A stretch of 64,000 nucleotides of DNA from the human T2T-CHM13v2.0 reference genome, Homo sapiens. Below are positions 1-17,789 of the stretch, piece after piece. Each line of letters opens with the position of its first letter. Position 1 is the first letter of the stretch. The translations under genes and the position numbers were made by a program. The notes beneath the pieces were generated by a model. The model saw only the letters and a program-made list of their open reading frames with translations. It searched no databases and was not told the DNA's origin. The DNA lies in NCBI RefSeq assembly GCF_009914755.1, contig NC_060931.1. One strand, given 5' to 3'.

Positions 1-53
1 GGAAGGAAGGAAGGAAGGAAAGAAGAAAAGGAAGGAGGGAGGAAAGAAGGGAG
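1..53. repeat. (GGAA)n / purine-rich simple repeat, cut by window edge
   Basis: GGAA units then GA-rich sequence. Confidence 0.9.
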
Positions 54-159
54 AATGGTCAAAATATATGACAGATGAGGTCCAGAATATGCAAATTTGT
101 TGCACGTTTTCAGCCACTGGTAGAATATGAGAAAAGAGAATCTGTATGTGAGCATTTAA

Positions 160-2030
160 AATATACATTTGAATTTTTATCAAGGTGATACAAACCCATA
201 CTTAACAAAAAATTAAGCACCACTAATAATCTTATGATGATACATAGTGGTCTCTTACTCCACACCCCCTATTTTACTTTCTCATGCCCCAGAGGAAATC
301 TCTATTCTTCTAAGTTATTTTTGACATGTATTTCCATATTTCCAAAAAACATTTCTTATATAGATACTTGTGGATTTATTAATTTTAGACAATAATTTAA
401 CTTCCTGTTATGACAAGTGAGACTTAGCTTTCTTACCTGGTAAGAAAGGGTACATGCAGTGCCTCTGCCACACTCTCCCAACAGTGGGTTTGGGTCCTAA
501 AGTTAACTTAAATCATTGGTTGACCTTAATATCATTGCACTTGTGTAAATATTGTCCACTCTTGGGCTAAGAGGTGTCTGTTCCATGTTTACATTTTCTT
601 TTTCACTTCAAACTTTTTTCCTGAAATTATTAATGACTGCTTTTTTCATTGCTTAGATTTCCTTTTTATTCAAGCTCATTTCTTCAGTATGCTCAATCTG
701 ATAGCCTACTTCATATTTCTCTTGCAAACCCATCTTGAATATGCATGTCTGCCTGCTCCAGCCTGCACTGGCTCACCCCAGGCCTGCTGCACAGCTGTCA
801 TTCAGGATATTCTCAGGCTGGAATATCCTGAGTGACAGCTGTGTATCAGGCTTGGATCAGGCCTTATTTCCTGGATCCAATGCTGTGCTGGGGCCTCCTC
901 ATATTATATTAACTTTCTAAAATTGATTGCTAAATATTTGGGAGTTTTGCAAACCACAATCATTGGCAGCCACGGTGGGAGTATGTATACCACCCAAACT
1001 GCCAAATGCCAGAAATCAAGCCTTTTTTGGGAGGGTGGTGAGGATCTGTTCTATCAGCACATTGCTGATTCTATGTCTGCCTCTTTATTAATTTATTCCT
1101 TTTTTTGATGAAGCATATTTTATAGTATATTCTAGGAAAAGGAAAGGACACCAGAGAGGTAAGATTTTTGAGTCCTCACATGTTTCAAAATGCCTTTTTA
1201 GGCTGAGCATGGTGGCTCACACCTGTAATCCCAGCACGTTGGGTGGCTGAGGTGGGCAGATCACTTGAGGCCAGGAGTTTGAGACCAGCCTGGCCAACAT
1301 GGCGAAGCCCTGTTTCTACTAAAAATACAAAAATTACCTGGGTGTGGTGGGACGTGCCTGTAGTCCCAGCTACTTGGGAGGCTAAGGCACAAGAATCACT
1401 TGAACCTCGGAGGCACACTGTCTCAAAAAAAAGAAAATACTTTTTTATTGTACTCTTATTCTTGACAGATGATTTGGCTGAGTAGAGAACTCTAAGAAAC
1501 ATGATGTTTCCTCAGACTTTTGAAGGCATTGTTCCGTTGTCTTCTGTCTTCCAGTGTTGCCTTTGAAAAGTTGGAGTTTTTTTGTTTCCTGATCTTTCTC
1601 ATGGGACCTGTTTCTTTTCCTGTCTTCAGACTTCTTAAGGACCTCTCTTTTCCATAGTATTCTGAAATGTTAAAAGACGTACAATTTGTGTGGTGTTGAT
1701 GGGCCTTGTATATCTGGTATGGCATGTTCTCTAGTTCCTGGAATTTTTTTTTTTTTTTGGCAGTATTTCTCTGACATTTTCTTCTTCAGCCTCTCTCCAA
1801 GACCTCACCTCTCATTTTCTCCATTTATTTCTTTCTGGAACTTCAACTGGTTGAATGTGATATCTCCCATAATAACCCTTTAATTTTGGGTGGGTCATTT
1901 TCCCCCCTTCTAATTTCCTTTTTTTCCCCCACCTTCTTCCATCTTTCATCATTCTGTTTAATTTTTTAGTTAACTATCATCTTTTTAACTTCCAGGTTCT
2001 TTTTTTTGTTCTCAGGTTGTTAATTTTAAA
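160..2030 (-). mobile_element. Ancient HAL1/L1M-type LINE remnant (ORF1-like region), interrupted by an Alu
   Basis: Minus-strand peptide [22 protein letters not shown] (ORF 1492-1725) resembles the L1 ORF1p C-terminal motif; T-rich degenerate context; boundaries approximate. Confidence 0.6.
1201..1432 (+). mobile_element. AluS with ~60 bp deletion in right arm
   Basis: Alu consensus jumps from cggaggca to cactgtctc-A tail; TSD-like aaaatgccttttt / aaaatactttttt. Confidence 0.93.
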
Positions 2031-2356
2031 AATGACATAACAAGGAATTTCATTGAGCCAAGAAAATGCTTGATAAAGGAATCCCAGAAGAAAGCATAAA
2101 GGGTATATCTTCAAATAAATAAAAAGATTGCTTTCAGATGGCAATGAATTAGGAGATTATTCTTCCTGGCAAAACCAGGCTATGTATGCATGCCCTCCTG
2201 CTGCAAACATCTTAAGGGAGGAGCCAGTCCCTGGATGGCTTTCAGCAGTGCCTGCATGATATATGTAGGGTACACAGGTAAGAAGGAGTCATATCCCTCA
2301 GTTCAAGTATTGCTTGGTTCTGTGCAATGGCAATTTAGGAACAATGATGGCTAGAG

Positions 2357-3635
2357 CTAGGTTGGTGCAAAAAGAATTGCAGTTTCAGATCGGGAATTTC
2401 AAGTCATTATAACCAGGCTCAAACACATCTTTATTAATCAAAGTAAGAACCATTACAATCAGCACATTTTTGCCAAGGACATATAAGTTTGTTTATTCCT
2501 GTAGGATAAAAATACATGCTTTGGGATTAGACAAACTCTTGGAAAGCATTTTCTGCATCCTGCTGGTTGCAGAAGGGTTTTCCCTACAAAAAGTTGTCGA
2601 GATGCTTGAAGAAGGGGTAGCCAGTTGGTGAGAGGTCAGGTGAATATGGTGGATGAGGCAAAACTTTGTAGCACAATTCATTCGACTTTTGAAACATTGG
2701 TTGTGTGACATGCAGTCGGCATTGTCGTGGAGAAGAATTGGGCCCTTTCTGTTGACCAATGCTGGCTGCAGGCATTGCAGTTTTCAGTGCATCACATTGA
2801 TTTGCTGAGCATATTCTCAGATGTAATGGTTTTGCTGGGATTCAGAAAGCTGTAATGGATCAGACCGGCAGCAGACCACCAAACAGTGACCATGACCTTT
2901 ATTTGGTGCAAGTTTGGCTTTGGGAAGTGCTTTGGAGCTTCTTCTCAGTCCAACCACTGAACTGGTCATCGCCGGTTGTCCTGTAAAATAAACTTTTCAT
3001 TGCACATCACAATCGGATCGAGAAACGCTTCCTTGTTGTGTAGAATAAGAGGAGATGACATTTCAAAATGATGATTATTTCGATTTTTGGTGAGCTCATG
3101 AGACACCCACTTATTGAGCCTTTCCACCTTTCCAATTTGCTTCAAATGCTGAAAGACCATAGAATGGTCAACGTTGAGTTCTTCTGCAACTTCTCATGTA
3201 GTTGTAAGAGGATCAACTATCATGACTGTTCTCAATTGGTCGTTGTCAACTTCCGAAGGCCGACCACTATGCTCCTCATCTTCAAGGCTCTTGTCTCCTT
3301 TGCAAAACTTCAACCACCACTGCATTGTACTTTCATTAGCAGCTCCTGAGCCAAATGCATGGTTGATATTGCAAGTTGTCTCCTCTGCTTTATGACCCAT
3401 TTTGAACTCAAATAAGAAAATTGCTTGACTTTGCTTTTGGTCTAACATCATTTTCATAGTCTAAAATAAACATAAAATAAACAGCAAGTAATAAGTCATC
3501 AGCAAAAGAACATAAAGTGAGAAATGCCCATTAAAATGATATATGACATAACCACATTTATTTAAGAATGCATTCCAATATCAAATGGCAAATTCCAACA
3601 ATGCAAAAAACGTAATTACTTTTGCACCAACGTAA
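2357..3635 (-). mobile_element. Full-length defective Hsmar1 mariner DNA transposon
   Basis: ~30 bp TIRs (ctaggttggtgcaaaaagaattgcagtttc ... aaaaacgtaattacttttgcaccaacgtaa) followed by TA; 1279 bp; frameshifted transposase pieces MKMMLDQKQ..FEFKMGHKA, KWVSHEL, LLHDNA, HPPYSPDLSPT. Confidence 0.97.
2430..3457 (-). pseudogene. Hsmar1 transposase pseudogene
   Basis: Split over ORFs 3194-3457, 2966-3160, 2493-2759, 2584-2775; catalytic D1 reads N (MCNEKF), D2 intact (HDNA), D3 reads G (SPTGY). Confidence 0.92.
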
Positions 3636-4154
3636 TATTTTCAGTGAAAACATAGTGATGTCTGAGCATTGAGCAATTGAAGATTGAAACCAAGAATTTA
3701 CTGTAATTAACACAGAATTCATGTAAAGGGTAGTATTAATTTCTACTAAAACAGATGCAGTATGTGGAAGAACATATAGACAGAAGCATAACCAAGTGCT
3801 AAAAGAAAAGTGTCTCTGCTATTGAAACTAGCTAAGGATTTCACCAACTTATAGTGGGGAGGGATTGGGGCTAACCTCAGAATTGTATCATGTCTTAATT
3901 AGAGCTTTTAAAAGATATAGTCATAGGAAATTAACTGCATAAATCCTAACTGCACAAATCATTCTACAGTGAGAATTCATCATTTTCAAAAAATTTTTGT
4001 CTTTATAAAGTTGTAATTGTTATTTTTCATTGAGTTTCTTGTAAGTACTAAATGTTGCATTTATGCATTATGTATATAGTCTCACATTATATGTGTGTTC
4101 ATGATGTATATATGCAGATTATAAATATATAAAATCTTCACTCAGAATTTTGAG

Positions 4155-4290
4155 ATTATCCTCACTTTTTGCTTTAAGAAACTAAGCCCAACAAGGTCAA
4201 GTTGCTTGTCTAAGGACACTGAGTGACTAAGGGCAGACCTGAGATTCAGAGCAGGCCTTTTGCTTTTAGATTCTGTGATCTTTCTCCCAG
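4155..4290 (-). mobile_element. MIR fragment
   Basis: gaaactaagccc..aaggtcaagttgcttgtctaaggacac..gggcagacctgagattc matches antisense MIR core. Confidence 0.7.
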
Positions 4291-4848
4291 CAGCACAGGT
4301 ACTCCATTCTCCCCACCGAGGTGTGGTCCAGTCAGCTGAGCTGCCTGCCTAGGGGCATCCCAGAAGCTGGGATGAGTGGAAACAGACTAAAAACAGCAAT
4401 AGAATGCACCCACATAACATCTCCAGCAGCAAACTTCTCAGTTTTCGTTTTCAGAGGGGTTTTCTTTTTCTCTTGGAAAAATATAGGAGTGTGGAGATTT
4501 TTCACATCTCCGATCAAAGTGATGAGAGACATGAATTATCACTTTAGCTCAGGTGGTCTTTGACATGAGGCGTTGGAAGCCGCTATGCTGCTTTGCTGCT
4601 TCTCAACACAGACATCTCCCACCCTTGACATGGAGCAGGAGGGAAAGCCCTTTGCGGGGAGGGAAAAAGGAGCTTCCAACTCCAAACTCAGAATAGAGAG
4701 CTGGGTGCAGGTGGGGTGCGCTCATCTGGTGGGGTGTGCTCCTCTGACAGGGGAGGAGAGTTTACCGGCTCTAGCTCCTACCGTGACTGTGACAGCCACT
4801 GCAGGGAACAGCTCAGGGAGTTTATTTATTTTAAAATTCAAAGCTGTA

Positions 4849-5160
<312 letters not shown>

Positions 5161-5329
5161 TAAAATTCAAAATTGTGGGGAAAATGAAGTCGAGGTTTAA
5201 AAAAAACTTAGGGCACAAAGTTTTATTTTTAGGGATAGCAATGGTACATGATGGAAGCAGAGGGAGAAAAAATAAAAACCATAAAAAGTCACAGAAAAGA
5301 GGGAGGGATGGGGATGGGAAAAGGATTGA

Positions 5330-5679
<350 letters not shown>

Positions 5680-5711
5680 CCCTGTTGTTTCTTTAAAAAA
5701 TATATATTTTA

Positions 5712-6040
<329 letters not shown>

Positions 6041-6657
6041 TTAGTCCATGGATAGAGCCGTGATGGAAACAAAGGAACACATAGTGCAAAGATGAAAAGA
6101 GATTTTTAAAAAGAGAACAAAAGGGAGAACAAAGCAAAGTAAGCAGAAGAGACCCCATCGCAGTGAAGCAGCTGCCCCTTGCAACGCGTGTCCCACTCAC
6201 ACTGGAGTCGCTTGCCTGGATTCTGAGCAGCTCTCTGGCTATCAGCACTGTTTAAAATATGACAACATCTGACCTCAAGATTTTCCTATAGAATACACTG
6301 GCTGACAGAAAGATGTACTGTAGCGGGTCTTAATATTCTTTCTTTGGCACAGGGCTGTGAGACCAGGAAAGCAATACGGGTGTAGTCAGGTGGAAATATC
6401 CATAACCATCATAGCAGAAAATACTCAGATGCAAAAAATGGATTATTTTTAGTAGAAGGAAACAAGTTAAAGAAAAGTAGAGAGAAGGTACCTTCAACCA
6501 AATAACATTTCACAGTGGTTATGTATTTTTTTGAAATAGAATTTTATTTACTTATTTCTGCTTCAGAGACATTATGTGGCCCTATGGTCTATGAATATCA
6601 TCTTAATTGTTCTTTAACATTTAATTAATATTTACATAATTTAATATCTTCATTTAA

Positions 6658-6996
<339 letters not shown>

Positions 6997-7039
6997 CACA
7001 ATTTTAAATTAATTAATTAATTCATATGAAATGGGGTTG

Positions 7040-7313
7040 GGGGTGTCTCGCTCTGTTGCCCAGGCTGGAGTGCAGTGGCATGAACATGACTCCCTGCAGC
7101 CTTGACCTCCTGGGCTCAAGTGATCCTCTCGTCTCAGTCTCCTGAGTAGCTGGGACTACAGGCACGCATACCTGGCTAATTTTTGAAATTTTTTGTAGAG
7201 TCGGGGTCTTCCTAAGTTTTCCGGGCTGGTCTTGAACTCCTGGACTCAAGCGATCCTCTCTCCTCTGCCTCCCAAAGCGCTGGGATTATAGGTGTGAGGC
7301 CTTGCGCCTGGCC
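7040..7313 (-). mobile_element. AluJ
   Basis: ctgcagccttgacctcctgggctcaagtgatcct is J-type. Confidence 0.9.
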
Positions 7314-9694
7314 TATCTCAACTTTTAAAAGGATAGACAAAGCCACTTCCAGTTCCGAAAGAGACCAGGCCTGTGAATTGCAGCCTGGCATGCAGGAGTG
7401 CCCTGGCAGCTTCCCTATAGAAAGTGGCAGCAGTTAGTCTGGGGACTCTGTGGTGGGGTTGCTTCTGCAGCTGTGCCTGACACCTTAGGCAGGCCCACCC
7501 TATGCTGGTCCTGCCTTGCTGCCCTGGGGCCGAGGGCCAGCATCTGTCCCTGTTTCACAGGAAGCAGAGAATCACTCAAGAGCTCATTTGGGGTGGTCAC
7601 CCACAGTCACACAGTGATAATATTGCACCTCCACCTCTATTGCCAACCACTGCCTTTCCCTCACCTCAGGCAACTGCATTCATCTCCTAATGCAGCAAAC
7701 TCTGACTGACCATCTTCTAGGGACAGGCTGGTTCCAGGGCCAGAGTGTCTCCACGGTTGAGTGATGCCTGGGGCTGACTGATCATGCACAGAAAAGCTAA
7801 AGGAAATGGAAAGTCCTGTTGGAGGACGGGCAGAAGGCTAGGGAGGGGCTCAGAGAGGCACATGATTCAGGCCTCGACGGGGGCATGGGCAGATAGAGGT
7901 GGGCAGGAATCAGCCATGTCACCTGCAAAGCTTTGGTGGGAAGGGGGAGGTGGGGGTGGGGCACAGGCTGGGCTCAGGAGCCACCACACAAGCCATTTCT
8001 GAGGGATCTTCCACTCCACCTGGCCATTTGAGAAAGAGGGGTGGATGAACACCTTTACCCAGGAATCGCTCTGTCTGCGCCCAGGGAGAAGGCATCCCTG
8101 AGTCTGGCCTGCAAGGCCCTGTTTCTCCTTCCCTCCAGGCAGCCTTCAGCCAGAGCCAGAAGGAAGAGGAGCTGACACAGTCACCCACAGAGACCTGTTT
8201 CTCTCTAGACAGTGAGAGATTCGGGCACAGCAGAGGACCTGCCCTTCTCATTCCTGCGGGGCCCACGGATTCAAAGAGTCCAGGCCCTTAGTCCCATGGG
8301 AAGAGCCCTTTGCTGACCCCTGGTGAGTCCAGCACATGGCTGAGTTGATTACACCACGATATTCCAGCTACAGGTTCTTGATTTCTGCCGAGGCCCACCG
8401 CCTGGCTTTGACGACACACATCTTTCTGCATTGGCGGGAGTCTCCCCATAGCAGATGAGCCACGGTGGCTTTCGGTAGGGCTGATACATGCTTTGGGGGT
8501 TGTATCTGGAAAGGACATGTGTTCTCCATGAGGAGGTGGAAGCAACCAGCCAGTGGACCGGCCCTGTTTCTGGGCCCCAGCTCCCCAGGCTGGGTGGGTT
8601 TCAGTGCTGTTGGGGTCACCTGTGGTCTCAGACATGGTTCCCATCACTGAGTGCATAGGAGAGGACCTGCAAGGTTGTAAACAACACTGTTGCTAGCCTC
8701 CACCCGTGACATCAAGTCAGAAACGAGGATGGGAGTGAGGCTCATAAGTCCATATTTTTAGAAATCTCCGCAGGAGCTTTTACCTGCAGTTAAGGGGGAG
8801 GACCCCCCCACCCCGCCGCCCGCCACTGTCTGAATCACGCTGTTGGTGAGGGGCCCGGACGGGCCCATGTGGGCTGAGCAGCCTCCCAACTCCTGCAGCA
8901 CCAGCAGAGGGGCCAGAGGTCAGAGAACTGGACCTGCCCACAGTCTCCAGGCAAGGTGAAGAAAAACAGACTCCACTGTCCAAGTAAGCAGTGTAATGTG
9001 TCAAAGAGAAGAGGCTGGGACTCCATCCAAAATATGGAATGGATTGGAGATAAATGACTCCTTGAAACCAGAGCTCAGCAGCCACTGTGTGAGCCAAGGG
9101 GACTCCAGCAAAGCTGGGCATAGCCCAGCTCAGGCTCCAGAGAAACCCCCTCCCCAACGCGGAGGGCAGATCCTGGGGCGAGGTGTGGGTGGCCCCTAAG
9201 AACTCCAGCAGGGCCCTGGTCAGATGGAGGCAAGCCTGGGCCTGTCTGGAACCTGAAGGTCTGGGGGGTCTCAATGGTATAGGCTGGCTCCACCCCAGGA
9301 GGATGAGAAGCAGGCAGAGGACCTCAAGGAACGTCCCCTGGGAGTGGAGGAAGGACTTATCCTTGGGTCCCATGCAGTCGCATGCTGCAAGGGCCACATA
9401 GGGGTATACCTGGACTTTCTCGGCCACTAGAGTTTCTGATCGTCTAGTGTGGGCATCCATGAAAAGGTTAAATTCAGTAAGAGAAAATAGTGAACGAGAG
9501 GGCAGTTAGCACAGGACTTTATTCTGTGTGAAAACAGGGTTGAAATTAAGTTCTGAATAAAAAATCTCTCTGAGCATTCAAAATAGATGTCATATGCCTC
9601 TGCAGACTGTTGCCTGCTGACTGTGACTCTTCAGTGAATGCCATAGGCCTATATAAGGAGGAAATTTGCTTGCACTTCTTAAAAAAAACCCTTA

Positions 9695-10272
<578 letters not shown>

Positions 10273-10544
10273 TTACAAAAAAAAAAAAATCTTAAAAATC
10301 TGGATGGCGTGAATTTCCAGCTGAAAGAAGGCCAGGAGCAACAGGTGTAGAAGTGAGGAGAAGGAGGATGAAGAAAATCACACTGAGTGTGGAGTCAGGG
10401 TTGGGCCCTGCAGGTGAGAGCCTGTCGCATCCTCACAGCCCCTTCCGTGATCCTAGCCCACAGGCTGACGGCGGGGTGCTGCACGGCATGGTGGGTGTGA
10501 ATGAGGCTCTTCGCAAGGTCTATTGCCCAAGCAGTCCTCTTACG

Positions 10545-10640
10545 AAAGTAACTGGTACTATCTTCCGTGCCTCGGTTTCCCCCACTGTAAAAAGGGCATG
10601 CTAATAGCAATCTCCCTCAGAGGTTTCTGTGAGGATTCCA
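10545..10640 (+). mobile_element. MIR fragment
   Basis: gtgcctcggtttcccccactgtaaaa..taatagca..tgtgaggatt MIR core. Confidence 0.7.
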
Positions 10641-11770
10641 CATGCAGCAGAAGCTGTGCTCTTGTTAGATTTCAGCAATGATCATGACTGGCGCAGAGTC
10701 GTTGAGGAAGGAGCCTTTGACTTGGTGCACTTGTGTGGGCTTCCATCTAAATGGGTTAAAAAACCCAACCCCCACCCCCACCCCGACCTGACATTTACAA
10801 CAGCAGTCCATCAGCTCTTCAGGAAGGTGATCTTTCCATGGGCTCTTAACAGGTAAGATTTCACTGCAATAGTCCTAAAATTTTAAAATCTGCTTGCGTT
10901 TTTTTTTTTTTTTAAGTGAGCTATTTGGGGCAGCTAAATACTATCTTTGAGTCACTTTTTCCCATGACAGTCCCGTTCACGGGTCCATTCATTTGACACC
11001 AACAAGTCAGAAATGAAACCTGTAACCTATCACCTAGGGATTCACGTCAATATCACATGCAGGTAATTACATTGAAAATTGAGCTTGAGGCATCACAGTT
11101 GTCTTCATAAGCATAAAAGCCATAAACGCATTAGGCGACAAGCACTGCGCGCATACTCAGCCCCCCGCGCTCTCTGCTGCTTCTCGGCGCTTCAAGTTGA
11201 CCTCTCCTGGGAGCAGGACCTTCCAAATGGAGGACTAAGGAAAGAATGTGAGAAGGGCTGGAAAGAGCTGTATTCTAAAATATCTATAAAGTGCCTTGAA
11301 AATTGCCAGGAGACATTGCTTGGGAAACCCTGACTTCAATTATGTCCCTACACTTCATAGCAGCTTGACTGCAAACTATCTTGGCTAAATTAAAACCTTC
11401 AAAGGAAATTCCTTAAAGTAAACATAAAAAGGTCATCTTTAAATGCACAAGAACTAAAATATTTGAGGTTTAGGAGCCCCAAAGTAGATGATACATCGTA
11501 TATTGTCAATAGCCCATGGGACGTTTTATTTTAAAAACGCTTCCACTTCAACTTCAAGGGGTACGGGTACAAAGTAGGTAACCTGATAATTCCAAAAAAT
11601 CCAAAAAGAAAGAAAAAATTTCCCCGTCAACAGCGATCACAGAAGTTCTATTTGAAACACTTAAAAAGATTAATTTAACAATCTTAAAATAACTCATCTA
11701 ATACTGGTGGTAGTGTGAAGTAGTTATCCTCATGAGTTGCTCACACTGCAATTTGTAGGAGGCATTTTAG

Positions 11771-12135
<365 letters not shown>

Positions 12136-12254
12136 AGGAATCAAAATTCTAAGAGTCTATCCTAAGGAAATATTTCAAAAGAGGGAACACTTTAGAAGCA
12201 GCATAATTCTCCTTGTAGTATTTTATGCTTGAGGAAGAAGACAATCACCTGTAG

Positions 12255-12450
12255 TAGGGGTTGGCAAACTATGTCCCACAGGCCAAACTGGCCTTCCGGC
12301 TGTTTTAGTGAATAAAGTTTTATTAAAACACAGCCACGTTTGGTGGCTCGTTTATGTTTTGTTTTCACACAATCACAGCAGAATCGAGCAGCTGGAACAG
12401 AGGCCATGTGGCTCCTAAAGCTGAAAAATATTTACTACCTGGCCTCTTTT
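12255..12450 (+). mobile_element. MER58A (hAT-Charlie), right TIR missing
   Basis: aggggttggcaaactatg..aataaagttttatt..cacagccacg..aaatatttactacctggcc follows the MER58A consensus. Confidence 0.85.
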
Positions 12451-12453
12451 GTG
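12406..12453 (+). other. Candidate exon 1 ORF segment MWLLKLKNIYYLASFV, within MER58A
   Basis: gccATG at 12406 (G at -3); donor GTG|GTACTG in phase 0; the donor is only moderate. Confidence 0.35.
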
Positions 12454-12705
12454 GTACTGAGCTTTGAATCCTGAATTATGATATCACTCTATTCATCAAG
12501 TTATTCTCTTTATAGCCTTCTGTAAATCTTAAATTTAATCCTAGATATTTCAGATTTTTTTTGCTGTTGTGAGTAGAATACTTATTAAAAATGATATTCT
12601 CTTGCTAATATTGAAAAAGCTTTTGATTTCTAAATATTTATATTATAACCGACCACACTCTGAATTCTCTTATTTCATCAATTAAGCTTTACTTGATTCT
12701 CTTGA

Positions 12706-13003
<298 letters not shown>

Positions 13004-13599
13004 ATCTCTTAAGATTTTGTGTAGATATTTTAAATTAGTTTTAAATAATTAGTTTGTAATAATTTTAATTAGTTTATCTGGAAGTAATAAACTAATAGTT
13101 TACCCCCTCACTTCCAGTATTTTTCTTTCATCTTCTTATCGTACTGAATCACTTGCTATTTCTAGGTCAGTGTTAGATACCAATAGTGAAGATGAGTACC
13201 ATTCTGCTAATTTTGAAATAGCCTTGACCTAGTTACTCAGAAGTCAGGAGCCTGAAGCTAGCCCTGAAAATCCTGATTGCAAAGAGTTTTATATTCCCCT
13301 GAAGAAATTCCTCCTGATCAGCTCACTCCACACAAGGCAGCTGCACACAGAGCAACTGAGACATCCATGCTCTGAGCAGAGTTCCGGGTCAGCCCTACCT
13401 GGGCCACTGGGGAGGAAGCCATGAATTCTTTCTGCTCTCTGATCACTGGGATGTTGGTTCCAATGCTTAAGATTTCCCCCCCAGGCACATAAAGACAGGT
13501 GTGAGGAATACAAATTTCAGAAGCTAAATAAACCAAATAAAACATTTTAGTCAAAATATGAGGTAAGCACCCACAGTACGGAGGGTGAAAACATCTGTG

Positions 13600-13815
13600 C
13601 TTTGATAGACAGGTTCTGTTTCTGTCCTATCTCCTAAAATCTCAGTGACACTGGCACGCCTTCTCTGAGTCTCAGTTCTCTCAACTGTAAAATGAGAAAT
13701 AATACCTAAACTCTAGAGTTCTTGCAAGAATTAGAAATAATTCGTAAGTATGGTTTGTAGGAGATATTGAATATATAATTAGTAAGTATCACATGTAGGA
13801 AATATTGAATAAATC
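13600..13815 (+). mobile_element. MIR
   Basis: ttctctgagtctcagttctctcaactgtaaaatgagaaataatacc MIR core. Confidence 0.75.
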
Positions 13816-14739
13816 CTCATAAAACAGCAGCAATAACCATCAAAACTTTCTCAGCAATTTGAGGAAGTTCCATTGGGTGCTGAAAACACAACTGTCCTTT
13901 GAACACAAGGATTGACTGTGGGGGAGATGCTGTGGTCTTGGATGGTTGTCATTTGCATAGTTTCTCTTTCAGGTTTCTTTCCTTCCAGCCATGCAGACCA
14001 ACATCCAATATGATCACAGCAGATGCAATCTCAGTCTTTACTTAAAGTAAGCTTCCTTTGCTACAGAAAGGCCTAATCTTTTCCATTCATTTTTTGTGGA
14101 CCACCACAGTGCGACACCCCCACCCCAACCCAAGTAGGCACATGACAATTGTGAAGTAACCAGAGGTCATTGGTTGTGACCCGCGGGTAGCCATTTTGAC
14201 CCATGAAGGCCCTGCGTGGGGCAGGGCAGGTTACATGTCAACATATACTTCTGGAAAGTGCTTGATCATATGTTCAACTAAGAAACCATTGGCACCTCCT
14301 CTCATCCCATGCCTAAGTCCTTTCCTCAGCATGCTCTGTTAGGGAGACCCCACCTATTTTGTCTCTGCCTAACAATCATACATGGGGGCCTAATGTCCCT
14401 GGTGTTACAGATTAATGTACAACATTGTCACCCCTGCTAAAGAAGGACTCGCTGGGCTTCCCATCTGTAAACAAGAAGGCAGGGCTTGCATGCATGAAAC
14501 ACAAGGACCCTGGACTTGGTGCAAAGGGCTCTGACTTGGTGCCCGGCTCTCCAGCTGGATCTAGGCCTGTCCTTTAATTTTCATGTCTCAGATGTCTAAC
14601 CCGAAAAAGGGGAGAGAATTCCAATCATTACTCTGTGTGGAAAAAGTAAAGCGTCTCTTTTTTGATGGGATCTTTATCCATTAATAATTTAGTTGGACTA
14701 AATTATTTACATTTAACTTGTTAAAGGTCTATTTATTTA

Positions 14740-15046
<307 letters not shown>

Positions 15047-15162
15047 CTATTTATTTTTTTAACCTAATGACCTAATAGCACTTAATAAATAAATTTATTG
15101 TCTATTGATGATTCCTAATACATAAGCCATTAAAATCCATCCTGGAAGAATGCCAAATATTA

Positions 15163-15547
<385 letters not shown>

Positions 15548-15662
15548 TCACAGTTTGTCATATGTGTAGGGGATAAGTATTGAAGTGGGCAAAATATTTT
15601 CTCTCCCTTTATTTAATCATCACAATTACTCTACAAGGCAAAAGCAATTAGAACAGTGTCTG

Positions 15663-17198
<1,536 letters not shown>

Positions 17199-17789
17199 GT
17201 GCCTGAAACCCAGGGAGCACCTGGTAAGTGACGACTATTGTGACTATTAAATCCTGTCACCAGCCGCAATTTACACATGACGAACCATCTCTGAGGGAAA
17301 AGGTGCCTCACCTAGGGGCACAGGGCTGGATTGCACTGCTTCCAAAACCCACCAGTTAACCAAGATACCTTACATCTCTTCAGGATTCGTCTCTTCAAAT
17401 CCTGCCAGTGACTTCCAACCCAGAGGGAGAAGGAGAAGGTAATATGCTGAGCAAAGAAATGTGTCTGATGAGAGTATGGTTTCTGTTTATTATATAGACA
17501 AGTATGACAGCATTTACATTTGCACATCTTCCTCTGTGATTAAGCATTACATGTTGTCTTCATGTAGCATTGTTGACCAACCTCCATTCAGAATGAAGTT
17601 TAGAGAACACATGCGGCTTCTTGAATCTGAGAAAGTGTTACTATGATTGTATTCCAAAGCTCCTACGAGCTTAGCATCGCCCTCAACCTTTGGAGTTGGA
17701 GAGAATGTGGAAGTTCTGGGTACACTGTTAAGTACTCCATAATGGCGAATTCCAGCAGTCATAGTGATCACCGAAAGGTCCTAATAGTA

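Noticed and set aside
2430-3457. Possible active or domesticated mariner transposase (SETMAR)
   Set aside because: Multiple frameshifts and stops, two of three catalytic aspartates lost, no SET-domain exons
8897-8915. CTCF-like ccagcagaggggcc
   Set aside because: Mismatch in the conserved GGC core; too weak without ChIP data
8780-9460. 226-aa minus-strand ORF, longest in the window
   Set aside because: No recognisable domain or family; expected by chance in GC-rich DNA; not excluded without Ribo-seq or conservation data
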